This document shows positions 19,509 through 29,477 of a DNA stretch of 64,000 nt, in pieces (the first letter of the stretch is position 1; the number at the start of each line of letters is the position of its first letter). A program made the position numbers and the translations under genes. The stretch lies in contig CAVVKN010000023.1 of NCBI GenBank assembly GCA_963748825.1, positions 1-64,000 of the forward strand, in the 5' to 3' direction. The notes beneath the pieces are model-generated. The model did no database searches. It saw only the letters and a list, made by a program, of their open reading frames with translations, and was not told where the DNA came from. Source of the DNA: Methanotrichaceae archaeon (lineage in GTDB: Archaea; Halobacteriota; Methanosarcinia; Methanotrichales; Methanotrichaceae).

Positions 19509-19539
19509 GACATCAAATCTCGCTGTATATGTCTATTTA

Positions 19540-20724
19540 TCAATATTTATACTCTCGGTATCGCCTATACACCCAGGCAATGATAATTGCTATTGGGATA
19601 ATAAGTAGCAGATATTGATATTTATACTCTCGTCCCAGGACAACTACCTCAGCAGTACCCTCTCGGATAACGGATCCGTCTCCACCATCATAATTGACTC
19701 TGAGGTGGATGGAGTAGTTGCCCGGCTTTTGGCCCAGGAGACTGGCCGAGTAATTCCCATCTGCTCCCGGCAAAATCTCAAAGAAACTCTTCTCCAGGCC
19801 CGTGACCTGCAGGCCCTCGGAAGGCATGACGGTCCCATCCGCATCTATTCTGGTAGCGGAAGCGGTTCCTAGATTGGAGATGCTGATGTTCAGCATGCCT
19901 TTCCCATCCAGAGCTATCGGACCCGAGCTGGTCAGCTTTATGGAAAGATCCGCCTTGCTCTTGGGACTTATCAGAATGTTAAAAGGCTCTGAGCTATTTG
20001 ATTTGGCTTTTTTCTTTACGTCGGTGTAGCTGACCATTATGGCAGGGACCCGAATAGAGCCTTCTTTTACGGCGTTCATCACATAAACCGCCGAATCCGA
20101 CTGCCCGGAGTCCAAAGTCTCCTTGATCTTGGGAGGATAGCCGGCGACATAAGAAAATTCAGTAAGGGGCGGTATATCTTCTGCTTTTATGCCCAGAGCC
20201 TGTCCCGTGCCTATGTTCTTGACGGTGACGGTGACCTTAACCTCGTCACCTACACTCATTTGATTCCGCTCGAAGCTCTTTTGCACAGAAAGCTCAGGCT
20301 TGTCTAATGCCGCAGCAGGCCTTTCTGATGCATGCTTCCTGGGCGTTCCCAGGCCCTTCTGATACTCGATCCTCACTTTGCCAGACTGCTCGTCGAAAAT
20401 ATCGGCTACGGTAATGGTGATGCCCCTGTTTTCCGCGCCTCCATCGAAATTATTGGGGCTGTCTAGCAAGAGGGCTCTTTGCTCATCTAAGGGCCCGCCT
20501 ACCTTGGAGATCCTCATCACCACCAGCCCATCCCTTACCGACTGAATATCAATGAGCTCCATCTGATAGTCGCCCAGATCAATGCGATCTCCAATATTGA
20601 GGGAATAATCCTTGAAGGTCACCTCATCATCGTTATCATTGGCTTCCTTTGCACAGGCTGATTGAATCAAGAGAATTACTGATAGCAGATAGACCAAACA
20701 TGACAGATAGACGAAGCGTCGCAT
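19540..20724 (-). CDS. Membrane-anchored Ig-like surface protein (COG1361/BatD/DUF11-like)
   Basis: Signal peptide, LSVQKSF..VGDEVKVTVTVKNIGTGQA Ig-fold repeats, C-terminal TM with basic tail; alternative start 20748. Confidence 0.8.
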   Translation of the reverse strand: MRRFVYLSCLVYLLSVILLIQSACAKEANDNDDEVTFKDYSLNIGDRIDLGDYQMELIDIQSVRDGLVVMRISKVGGPLDEQRALLLDSPNNFDGGAENRGITITVADIFDEQSGKVRIEYQKGLGTPRKHASERPAAALDKPELSVQKSFERNQMSVGDEVKVTVTVKNIGTGQALGIKAEDIPPLTEFSYVAGYPPKIKETLDSGQSDSAVYVMNAVKEGSIRVPAIMVSYTDVKKKAKSNSSEPFNILISPKSKADLSIKLTSSGPIALDGKGMLNISISNLGTASATRIDADGTVMPSEGLQVTGLEKSFFEILPGADGNYSASLLGQKPGNYSIHLRVNYDGGDGSVIREGTAEVVVLGREYKYQYLLLIIPIAIIIAWVYRRYREYKY

Positions 20725-20756
20725 CTCGGGAACACCATCTTCGAGCATTATATTCT

Positions 20757-21599
20757 TTATCGATTTGATTTTTGCTCTATCTCGGAGTCGATCTCCAGGC
20801 TTAAATCGATCCATCTCGCGTTTCTGGTCAGGGCCCCCAGAGAAATAACATCCACTCCGCTAGCGGCATATTCCTGGATATTATCGAGCGTTATGCCTCC
20901 GGAGGCCTCCAGAAGCATGCGATCTCTAAGGCCCTTTTCCATAAGTAGCTCGACTCCCCGAGCAATCTCCTCCGGGGCCATATTATCGAACATGATGATA
21001 TCAGCGCCGCACTCTGCAGCTTTGATCATGTCACCCTGGCTTTCTACCTCCACCTCGATCTTCTTGGTGAAACTGACACGCTGCTTGGCGCGGCATAGGC
21101 ATTCTTCCAGGCCTAGAATTTTTATGTGGTTGTCCTTGATGAGCACGGCATCGGAGAGATTGAACCTGTGCGTATCGCCACCACCTAAGAATACAGCCTT
21201 CTTCTCGAATACTCGAAAGCCGGGGGTGGTCTTGCGAGTCGCGGCAATGCGCACCCGCCCGCCAGCGGTTAGAACGCACTCTCGAGTTAATGTGGAGATG
21301 CCGCTCATGCGCGCCATGAAGTTCAATACCAATCTCTCTGATTGCAGTATGGCTCTGGCACTTCCGCGAACAGAGATAACCTGGCCCGCAGCTGGCACGA
21401 ACTCGCCGTCATCATAAAGAGGCGTGGCCAACAGATCGAAATATGCAAAAATTTCCTGGGCCTCTGCCAGGCCAGAGATGATACAATCCTCTTTGGCGAT
21501 GATGACGGCCTGAACATCGATTTCAGGAACGAGACTGCTGGATTCGTCCCACTCGCCCAGGTCCTCGCCCACAAATCTCTCCAGCTCTGAGGTTAGCAT
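20757..21599 (-). CDS. nadC: Nicotinate-nucleotide pyrophosphorylase (quinolinate phosphoribosyltransferase)
   Basis: TRKTTPG, HRFNLSDAVLIKDNH, IEVEVE, EASGGI motifs; start MLTSELERF. Confidence 0.95.
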   Translation of the reverse strand: MLTSELERFVGEDLGEWDESSSLVPEIDVQAVIIAKEDCIISGLAEAQEIFAYFDLLATPLYDDGEFVPAAGQVISVRGSARAILQSERLVLNFMARMSGISTLTRECVLTAGGRVRIAATRKTTPGFRVFEKKAVFLGGGDTHRFNLSDAVLIKDNHIKILGLEECLCRAKQRVSFTKKIEVEVESQGDMIKAAECGADIIMFDNMAPEEIARGVELLMEKGLRDRMLLEASGGITLDNIQEYAASGVDVISLGALTRNARWIDLSLEIDSEIEQKSNR

Positions 21600-21639
21600 A
21601 CCGCAAAGATTTTGATGTCCAATTGATTTATAGCCTCCG

Positions 21640-22035
21640 ATGCCTATCAAGATTGGGCTTGTTGGGTGCGGCGCTATTGGGGCCGAGATTGCAAAAGCAG
21701 TAGACTCCGGTGCGTTAGACGCGAGATTAGTTGCGGTATGCGACCATAATCCGGAAACAGCGGCGGCGCTGATCGATAGCTTGCAGCATAAACCGGCTAG
21801 GCTCAAATTGGAGGAGCTGGTGAGCCTCTCCGACGTGGTAGTGGAGGCGGCCAGCCAGAAGGCCGTTCCGGCAATTGCCAGGGCTGCGCTGGGAAAGGGA
21901 AAGAGGCTGATGATCATGAGCGTAGGGGCTCTCGCGGACCGGGAGTTATTCGCCGAGGTGAAGGCCCTGGCCAAAGAGCACGGCTCGCGGGTTTATCTCC
22001 CCTCAGGAGCTCCATCGACATACTTAGGCAGATGA
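21640..22035 (+). pseudogene. nadX: Truncated aspartate dehydrogenase (N-terminal part) at the duplication junction
   Basis: Identical to 26632..27444 up to ...VYLPSGA, then runs out of frame into VWA-gene sequence (PSTYLGR*). Confidence 0.9.
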
Positions 22036-22939
22036 ACGTCACCACTCGTCTTGTACAGGTACAGGCCTTCCCGGGGCGACGGGCAGATTCGATTATCTGG
22101 CAGCCCAGACGGGATCGGACTATTCAGCCTTCGTCTATCCGGACTCGCTCACAACGACGATGCAAGAGCTACCTCCAGAAACAACTCCTGCGGAAAGTAG
22201 CCTCTCCGGATATGCGGTAAATGTGGTCAATAAGAACCACTACATCACAGCCGATCTGAACTTAAACGCCACAGTTACCGGCTTTAATGATGTCACACCA
22301 AGATCCGGAGCCCAGCGTCTGGCGGCTCTGCCCGACGGCAAGCCCGTCTTGACCGTGTGGCGTTATGGCCTGGGCCGGGTAGCGGCGCTAACTGTCGATG
22401 ATGGCAGTGCCTGGGCCGGCGGGCTATATGCTAGTCCAAGCTCGCAGATGATTTCGTCCACCGTCAATTGGGCAGTAGGCGATCCGCGGCCCCAGGACGA
22501 TCGTGTCGAAGCAGATGACGGATGGCAGGGTACACCCTTATCCGTCACCATCAGCAGCAATGCGCGGCCCAGCCTTCCCAATGCAGATGTGGAAAAGGTG
22601 GGCGACAATCGATATGTAGCTACATTTATTCCCAATAGCTCAGGCATCTACTACATCGGCAGCTATGGCCTGGCGGTCAACTATCCCCTGGAGTATCGAG
22701 ATATAGGCTTCAATCCTGAGCTTTCCCGGCTGATCATGGTCAATGGCGGAAAGGTCTTCAGCGAAGATGAGGCCCGACAAAGCCTTGTGGTCGAAGCCAG
22801 CCGTGTCAGCCAGAGAACCGTACAGGAGAGGCTCTCAAGAAGAGACATTTTGCTGCTCTTAGCGCTGCTGATATTCCTGGCAGAAATAATTTATCGAAAG
22901 CTGGACGAGATGCGTAGAAGAGGTCGATTTCGAGCATGA
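22011..22939 (+). pseudogene. 3' fragment of the VWA/GATase-like gene (duplicated, 5'-truncated)
   Basis: Matches the C-terminal ~310 codons of 15587..17947 and lacks its 5' end; frameshifted near 22073. Confidence 0.88.
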
Positions 22940-23023
22940 AATTCAAGCATGAAGCCACACCATTAGATTTTAATAGCATAATCAGCTTTATCGTTGGTAT
23001 ATTGCGGAGGTAACTGCCACCAA

Positions 23024-23332
23024 ATGAGTTCTCAAATGTGTACCGTCTGTGGCCTTCCCACGGAGCTCTGTATCTGCGAGGAGGTTGCCAAGGAGCAGCA
23101 GAGGATAGCTGTGAAAGTACAGAAGCGCAGGTATGGAAAAGAGGTGACGGTCATCCAAGGCATTGATCCTCATGAGATTGATCTTCAAGAGCTTTGTACG
23201 CATCTCAAATCCAAGCTGGCCTGCGGCGGCACTGTAAAAGAAAGCCTGATCGAGCTGCAGGGTAACCATATTCAAAGGATTAAGGAGATCTTAGTGAAAA
23301 AGGGATTTGGCGCAGATCAAATAAGTACCTAA
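23024..23332 (+). CDS. sui1: Translation initiation factor aIF-1 (SUI1/YciH), duplicate copy
   Basis: Protein identical to 18032..18340. Confidence 0.93.
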   Translation: MSSQMCTVCGLPTELCICEEVAKEQQRIAVKVQKRRYGKEVTVIQGIDPHEIDLQELCTHLKSKLACGGTVKESLIELQGNHIQRIKEILVKKGFGADQIST

Positions 23333-23390
23333 ATTCCTGGAAAAATTCTCAAGATCTGCAGGCCGATCCTAACGCTTGCTCATTTTTCTT

Positions 23391-24500
23391 TTAGTAGATC
23401 TCTTCCAAATCCTCGATATGGGCGAAGGCATCGTCGAGCTGTTTTCGGGCTCTGCACCGCTTCTCCTTCTCGTCCTGCATGCCTCGAGCCGCCTGGGCAT
23501 AAATAGATTCCAGCTCTGGGGCGCTGGCTACGGTGAAGACCGAGAGCACCTTGGGATTTCCCTTCTTGACAACAATTCCCTTGAATACGTGGCCTGCACT
23601 GGCAGTGAGCCTCTCCACCTCTTTGGTGATCTCATCCACGTCCAGATGCTCCCGAGAGCCCTGAATGATGATCATGGCTCTGGCGGCATCGTCCGCAACA
23701 TTGGCAGGATAGAGCAAATTGACAGGCTTGAGGCTGTTCTCAATGGCGTCCCTGATGGACAGATTCTTGCTATCGGCCTGATAAAATCCCATAGTGCCAA
23801 TGCGCAGGCCCCCATTCATCACCGTCTTGAAGTCGCCTAGATCAGTTACAGAGAGCATCTCGGAATCCAGAGACTCGATCAAGAATAATAAACGTTTGGC
23901 GATCATGCCGTTGATCTTATCGTAGGCAGAGGCAATATCGCCGCTAAACCTCTTCATGTACTGATTGTCGGCCAGGATGATGCCTTCCGCATCAACCTCC
24001 ATCAGCTCCCTCATGCTGAAGGCGGCATTTTGCAGGTAGATCGACCCCTCTTCTCGGGCGGGCAGAATGGCAACCGTGACGACGGTGATATCTCGGTACT
24101 GCCTCTTCAATTCATTTATGAGCAGAGGTGTGAAAGATGAACCGGTCCCGCCGGAAGTCGATGTGATCACAAAGGCAATATCGAAGTCACCCCTCTTCTC
24201 GATCTCGCCCATGATCACGTCGCGATTGTCCATAAAGGCTTGCTTGCCCACATTTCTATTGGCACCCACACCGTGCAGATTGGGGACATGCAGTCTATCT
24301 TTGGCCGTGGTGAAGCGCAGCTCCTTGAGATCATTTATAGCCGTATTTATGGCTAAAGTCTCCACTCGACTGGGGAACTTGGGGCGCAAATAATACTTGG
24401 CCAGATTGGCGGCTCCGCCGCCCCCAAACGCTTCCTTATTTATTGCGTCCAGTATTCGATTACCGCATTGGCCTACGCCGAGTATGAGTACGTTGAGCAT
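23391..24500 (-). CDS. Tubulin/FtsZ superfamily CetZ-like protein, duplicate copy
   Basis: Protein identical to 18399..19508. Confidence 0.87.
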   Translation of the reverse strand: MLNVLILGVGQCGNRILDAINKEAFGGGGAANLAKYYLRPKFPSRVETLAINTAINDLKELRFTTAKDRLHVPNLHGVGANRNVGKQAFMDNRDVIMGEIEKRGDFDIAFVITSTSGGTGSSFTPLLINELKRQYRDITVVTVAILPAREEGSIYLQNAAFSMRELMEVDAEGIILADNQYMKRFSGDIASAYDKINGMIAKRLLFLIESLDSEMLSVTDLGDFKTVMNGGLRIGTMGFYQADSKNLSIRDAIENSLKPVNLLYPANVADDAARAMIIIQGSREHLDVDEITKEVERLTASAGHVFKGIVVKKGNPKVLSVFTVASAPELESIYAQAARGMQDEKEKRCRARKQLDDAFAHIEDLEEIY

Positions 24501-24531
24501 GACATCAAATCTCGCTGTATATGTCTATTTA

Positions 24532-25716
24532 TCAATATTTATACTCTCGGTATCGCCTATACACCCAGGCAATGATAATTGCTATTGGGATAATAAGTAG
24601 CAGATATTGATATTTATACTCTCGTCCCAGGACAACTACCTCAGCAGTACCCTCTCGGATAACGGATCCGTCTCCACCATCATAATTGACTCTGAGGTGG
24701 ATGGAGTAGTTGCCCGGCTTTTGGCCCAGGAGACTGGCCGAGTAATTCCCATCTGCTCCCGGCAAAATCTCAAAGAAACTCTTCTCCAGGCCCGTGACCT
24801 GCAGGCCCTCGGAAGGCATGACGGTCCCATCCGCATCTATTCTGGTAGCGGAAGCGGTTCCTAGATTGGAGATGCTGATGTTCAGCATGCCTTTCCCATC
24901 CAGAGCTATCGGACCCGAGCTGGTCAGCTTTATGGAAAGATCCGCCTTGCTCTTGGGACTTATCAGAATGTTAAAAGGCTCTGAGCTATTTGATTTGGCT
25001 TTTTTCTTTACGTCGGTGTAGCTGACCATTATGGCAGGGACCCGAATAGAGCCTTCTTTTACGGCGTTCATCACATAAACCGCCGAATCCGACTGCCCGG
25101 AGTCCAAAGTCTCCTTGATCTTGGGAGGATAGCCGGCGACATAAGAAAATTCAGTAAGGGGCGGTATATCTTCTGCTTTTATGCCCAGAGCCTGTCCCGT
25201 GCCTATGTTCTTGACGGTGACGGTGACCTTAACCTCGTCACCTACACTCATTTGATTCCGCTCGAAGCTCTTTTGCACGGAAAGCTCAGGCTTGTCTAAT
25301 GCCGCAGCAGGCCTTTCTGATGCATGCTTCCTGGGCGTTCCCAGGCCCTTCTGATACTCGATCCTCACTTTGCCAGACTGCTCGTCGAAAATATCGGCTA
25401 CGGTAATGGTGATGCCCCTGTTTTCCGCGCCTCCATCGAAATTATTGGGGCTGTCTAGCAAGAGGGCTCTTTGCTCATCTAAGGGCCCGCCTACCTTGGA
25501 GATCCTCATCACCACCAGCCCATCCCTTACCGACTGAATATCAATGAGCTCCATCTGATAGTCGCCCAGATCAATGCGATCTCCAATATTGAGGGAATAA
25601 TCCTTGAAGGTCACCTCATCATCGTTATCATTGGCTTCCTTTGCACAGGCTGATTGAATCAAGAGAATTACTGATAGCAGATAGACCAAACATGACAGAT
25701 AGACGAAGCGTCGCAT
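24532..25716 (-). CDS. Membrane-anchored Ig-like surface protein, duplicate copy
   Basis: Protein identical to 19540..20724. Confidence 0.8.
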   Translation of the reverse strand: MRRFVYLSCLVYLLSVILLIQSACAKEANDNDDEVTFKDYSLNIGDRIDLGDYQMELIDIQSVRDGLVVMRISKVGGPLDEQRALLLDSPNNFDGGAENRGITITVADIFDEQSGKVRIEYQKGLGTPRKHASERPAAALDKPELSVQKSFERNQMSVGDEVKVTVTVKNIGTGQALGIKAEDIPPLTEFSYVAGYPPKIKETLDSGQSDSAVYVMNAVKEGSIRVPAIMVSYTDVKKKAKSNSSEPFNILISPKSKADLSIKLTSSGPIALDGKGMLNISISNLGTASATRIDADGTVMPSEGLQVTGLEKSFFEILPGADGNYSASLLGQKPGNYSIHLRVNYDGGDGSVIREGTAEVVVLGREYKYQYLLLIIPIAIIIAWVYRRYREYKY

Positions 25717-25748
25717 CTCGGGAACACCATCTTCGAGCATTATATTCT

Positions 25749-26591
25749 TTATCGATTTGATTTTTGCTCTATCTCGGAGTCGATCTCCAGGCTTAAATCG
25801 ATCCATCTCGCGTTTCTGGTCAGGGCCCCCAGAGAAATAACATCCACTCCGCTAGCGGCATATTCCTGGATATTATCGAGCGTTATGCCTCCGGAGGCCT
25901 CCAGAAGCATGCGATCTCTAAGGCCCTTTTCCATAAGTAGCTCGACTCCCCGAGCAATCTCCTCCGGGGCCATATTATCGAACATGATGATATCAGCGCC
26001 GCACTCTGCAGCTTTGATCATGTCACCCTGGCTTTCTACCTCCACCTCGATCTTCTTGGTGAAACTGACACGCTGCTTGGCGCGGCATAGGCATTCTTCC
26101 AGGCCTAGAATTTTTATGTGGTTGTCCTTGATGAGCACGGCATCGGAGAGATTGAACCTGTGCGTATCGCCACCACCTAAGAATACAGCCTTCTTCTCGA
26201 ATACTCGAAAGCCGGGGGTGGTCTTGCGAGTCGCGGCAATGCGCACCCGCCCGCCAGCGGTTAGAACGCACTCTCGAGTTAATGTGGAGATGCCGCTCAT
26301 GCGCGCCATGAAGTTCAATACCAATCTCTCTGATTGCAGTATGGCTCTGGCACTTCCGCGAACAGAGATAACCTGGCCCGCAGCTGGCACGAACTCGCCG
26401 TCATCATAAAGAGGCGTGGCCAACAGATCGAAATATGCAAAAATTTCCTGGGCCTCTGCCAGGCCAGAGATGATACAATCCTCTTTGGCGATGATGACGG
26501 CCTGAACATCGATTTCAGGAACGAGACTGCTGGATTCGTCCCACTCGCCCAGGTCCTCGCCCACAAATCTCTCCAGCTCTGAGGTTAGCAT
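25749..26591 (-). CDS. nadC: Nicotinate-nucleotide pyrophosphorylase, duplicate copy
   Basis: Protein identical to 20757..21599. Confidence 0.94.
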   Translation of the reverse strand: MLTSELERFVGEDLGEWDESSSLVPEIDVQAVIIAKEDCIISGLAEAQEIFAYFDLLATPLYDDGEFVPAAGQVISVRGSARAILQSERLVLNFMARMSGISTLTRECVLTAGGRVRIAATRKTTPGFRVFEKKAVFLGGGDTHRFNLSDAVLIKDNHIKILGLEECLCRAKQRVSFTKKIEVEVESQGDMIKAAECGADIIMFDNMAPEEIARGVELLMEKGLRDRMLLEASGGITLDNIQEYAASGVDVISLGALTRNARWIDLSLEIDSEIEQKSNR

Positions 26592-26631
26592 ACCGCAAAG
26601 ATTTTGATGTCCAATTGATTTATAGCCTCCG

Positions 26632-27444
26632 ATGCCTATCAAGATTGGGCTTGTTGGGTGCGGCGCTATTGGGGCCGAGATTGCAAAAGCAGTAGACTCC
26701 GGTGCGTTAGACGCGAGATTAGTTGCGGTATGCGACCATAATCCGGAAACAGCGGCGGCGCTGATCGATAGCTTGCAGCATAAACCGGCTAGGCTCAAAT
26801 TGGAGGAGCTGGTGAGCCTCTCCGACGTGGTAGTGGAGGCGGCCAGCCAGAAGGCCGTTCCGGCAATTGCCAGGGCTGCGCTGGGAAAGGGAAAGAGGCT
26901 GATGATCATGAGCGTAGGGGCTCTCGCGGACCGGGAGTTATTCGCCGAGGTGAAGGCCCTGGCCAAAGAGCACGGCTCGCGGGTTTATCTCCCCTCAGGA
27001 GCGATATCGGGCCTCGATGGGCTTAAGTCCGCCAGCATAGGAAAAATTCGCAGCGTGACTCTCACCACCACTAAAAACCCAAGCGGGCTGAAGGGCGCTC
27101 CTTTCATTCTGGAAAATAAGATCGACCTGGATGCGCTCGCGGGGCCGACACTGATCTTTGAGGGAAGCGCGCTGCAGGCAGTGAGGGCTTTCCCGGCCAA
27201 TGTCAATGTGGCTGCCACCCTTTTCCTGGCAGCCGGGGAGAGCGAGGTACGGGTTAAGGTGGTTGCAGATCCAGGCATCCATGTAAACCGGCATGAGATT
27301 GTAGTGGAGGGCGACTTTGGGCGTATCTCGACTTTAGTAGAGAACGTTCCCTCGCCCAGAAATCCCAAGACCAGCTATCTGGCAGCGCTATCCGCCATAG
27401 CTACATTGAGGTCCATTGTGGAGCCGGTGAAGATAGGAACTTAA
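26632..27444 (+). CDS. nadX: L-aspartate dehydrogenase
   Basis: GLVGCGAIG Rossmann motif, MSVGAL, PSGAISGLD, FPANVNVAA, NPKTSYLAALS; divergent from nadC. Confidence 0.95.
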   Translation: MPIKIGLVGCGAIGAEIAKAVDSGALDARLVAVCDHNPETAAALIDSLQHKPARLKLEELVSLSDVVVEAASQKAVPAIARAALGKGKRLMIMSVGALADRELFAEVKALAKEHGSRVYLPSGAISGLDGLKSASIGKIRSVTLTTTKNPSGLKGAPFILENKIDLDALAGPTLIFEGSALQAVRAFPANVNVAATLFLAAGESEVRVKVVADPGIHVNRHEIVVEGDFGRISTLVENVPSPRNPKTSYLAALSAIATLRSIVEPVKIGT

Positions 27445-27753
27445 CGCAAAATAGATAGGACGCGCTCTGACGGTCGAGCGGGCCAGTTCGGTCCAATCGA
27501 TCGAGATAATTTTTTGGGCAGTAGACTTGTTTTTCATCAATCGATTTTTGATCGCTGACCAAGCATTTTCCGTTTATAATCCCTGATGTTCTCCGGGAGG
27601 ATGCCATTTGAAATGCTCTGATTTCTCCCTTTCGTTTTGATAACCCACATGGAATTTATGAGTTTATACGTTGAAGTCGATCGGAATAACAAAGAAATTC
27701 GCGGCCAGGTTTTTAATGGCATTAATTTGGATTTAAAAAAGGATTGTATCCCC

Positions 27754-28092
27754 CTAAACCGCCCCGCACCCCCGTTCCTTCGTGCTTACCCGCACCACGT
27801 CCTCCACCGGGTAGACGAAGATCTTGCCGTCTCCGGCTTCGCCCGTCTGGGCAAACTCGCAGATGAGGTCGATGACAGCTTCTGCGTCCTTGTCATCTAC
27901 CACCATCTCCAGCTTTATCTTCTGCAGGAACTCCACCCGGTAGTCTCCGGCCCGCCACTGAAGGGCGATGCCCTTCTGCCGGCCCCGGCCCTTGACCTCC
28001 GTCACAGTCATTCCCGAAAAGCCCTTCATGTCCAGCTTGCTACGCAGCAGATGCAGCTTCTCGGGCCGAATTATAGCTTCAATCTTCTTCAT
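27754..28092 (-). CDS. glnK: P-II nitrogen regulatory protein
   Basis: MKKIEAIIRPEKL, GMTVTEVKGRGRQKG, TGEAGDGKIFV; downstream of amtB. Confidence 0.95.
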   Translation of the reverse strand: MKKIEAIIRPEKLHLLRSKLDMKGFSGMTVTEVKGRGRQKGIALQWRAGDYRVEFLQKIKLEMVVDDKDAEAVIDLICEFAQTGEAGDGKIFVYPVEDVVRVSTKERGCGAV

Positions 28093-28103
28093 CTTTCCCC
28101 ACT

Positions 28104-29393
28104 TTACATGTAAGCGCCCTCGCCGTGCTGGCTGATGTCCAGGCCCACCGATTCTTCCTCATCCCGCACGCGCAGGCCCATGACAGCGTCGATGATCCTG
28201 GCCAGGCCGAAGGTGACGACAAAGGAGTAGCCCCAGGTAACAGCTATGGCCATGAGCTGCACCAGCACTTGATGAGAGTTTCCTGCTAGAAGGCCCGTGG
28301 CCCCGATGGTGGCGAAGATGCCGGTAGCCAGTACGCCCCAGGTGCTGCCGATGCCGTGACAGGCCAGGACGTCCAGCGAGTCGTCCACCTTGCCGCTGCC
28401 CCGGATGAGTACGATGGCATAATAGCCGGCAACCGCAGCCACGACGCCTATGGGAATGGCCGCCAGGGGCGTCACGAATCCCGCGGCAGGCGTTATCGCA
28501 GCCAGACCAGCCACCGCGCCCGTCACGATGCCAAGAGCAGAAGGTGCCCTCTGCCGCCAGGAGAGGAGCATCCAGGTGGTAGCCGCAGCCGCGGCGGAGG
28601 TGTTGGTAGTGACGAAGGCATTGGCGGCGATGCCGTTTGCCGCCAGAGCCGAGCCAGCATTAAAGCCAAACCATCCGAACCAGAGCAGGGCCGCGCCCAT
28701 GACTGTGGTGGGAATGTTGTGAGGCTCCATTGGGTCTGTGCCAAAGCCCTTGCGCACACCGATGACCATAGCCACGGCCATGGCGGAAACGCCTGCTGTG
28801 ATGTGCACCACTATGCCGCCCGCAAAATCCAGGGCGCCCATCTGCTGCAGCCAGCCCCCGCCCCAGACCCAGTGGGCCACGGGATCGTAGACAAGAGTTG
28901 CCCAGGCTAAGGAGAAGACGAGAAAGGAGCTGAACTTGATTCGTTCCACGTAAGATCCCGTGATAAGGGAGACCGTAATTATAGCGAACATGGCCTGAAA
29001 GATCATGAAGGTGAGCGAGGGAATGGTCAGGCCCTCTTTGACACCCATGCCCACCCCGGCCAGGCCCAGGAAGTCCAGGCCGCCGATGATGCCACCGATA
29101 TCTTTTCCAAAGACCAGGGTGTAGCCGTACAAGATCCATTGCAGGCTTATCACGCCCATCACGGCAAAGCTGAAGATGATCGTGGAGATGGCGTTCTTCT
29201 TTCTGACCATGCCGCCATAAAAGAGGCCCACGCCGGGAATCATGATCAGGACCAGAGCAGCGCTGATGAGCACCCAGGCGTTGTCTGCCGCATTTATGGC
29301 GGCATCTTCCGCAGAAGCTGAGCCTGCCAGCAGAGCTGATAATAATAATAAGCATAACAGTAGTGACCGGACTGAAAACAATGTTACCACCAA
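28104..29393 (-). CDS. amtB: Ammonium transporter
   Basis: FQAMFAIIT, HWVWGGGWL, DFAGGIVVH, LWFGWFGFNAGS, DDSLDVLACHG, GLDISQHGE. Confidence 0.96.
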   Translation of the reverse strand: MVVTLFSVRSLLLCLLLLSALLAGSASAEDAAINAADNAWVLISAALVLIMIPGVGLFYGGMVRKKNAISTIIFSFAVMGVISLQWILYGYTLVFGKDIGGIIGGLDFLGLAGVGMGVKEGLTIPSLTFMIFQAMFAIITVSLITGSYVERIKFSSFLVFSLAWATLVYDPVAHWVWGGGWLQQMGALDFAGGIVVHITAGVSAMAVAMVIGVRKGFGTDPMEPHNIPTTVMGAALLWFGWFGFNAGSALAANGIAANAFVTTNTSAAAAATTWMLLSWRQRAPSALGIVTGAVAGLAAITPAAGFVTPLAAIPIGVVAAVAGYYAIVLIRGSGKVDDSLDVLACHGIGSTWGVLATGIFATIGATGLLAGNSHQVLVQLMAIAVTWGYSFVVTFGLARIIDAVMGLRVRDEEESVGLDISQHGEGAYM

Positions 29394-29477
29394 GAATTAA
29401 GATAGAAACCTAATTAATAAGCATATTTGGGAATAAGTATGCGTAACTCATAAGATTTAAGAAAACATCTTAATAGC

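Larger units (their letters stand above)
17018..22010. repeat. Tandem duplication, copy 1 (4993 bp)
   Basis: Sequence and ORFs recur 4992-4993 bp downstream (e.g. stop 17947 vs 22939; 19508 vs 24500). Confidence 0.97.
22011..27002. repeat. Tandem duplication, copy 2 (4992 bp)
   Basis: Near-identical to 17018..22010; 1-bp deletion in a G run near 22073 and at least three SNPs. Confidence 0.97.

Noticed and set aside
20757-21974. 405-aa nadC with a long N-terminal extension (and its copy 25749..26966)
   Set aside because: The extension is the antisense of nadX; the real start is MLTSELERF at 21599 (26591).
17018-27002. The duplication as a mobile element or prophage
   Set aside because: It contains only housekeeping genes, with no transposase, integrase, terminal inverted repeats or target-site duplication.
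27445-27753. Short ORFs between nadX and glnK
   Set aside because: AT-rich convergent spacer with no recognisable protein or RNA motif.
29394-29477. NrpR operator upstream of amtB-glnK
   Set aside because: Only a GGAA half-site is present; no GGAA-N6-TTCC match could be read.
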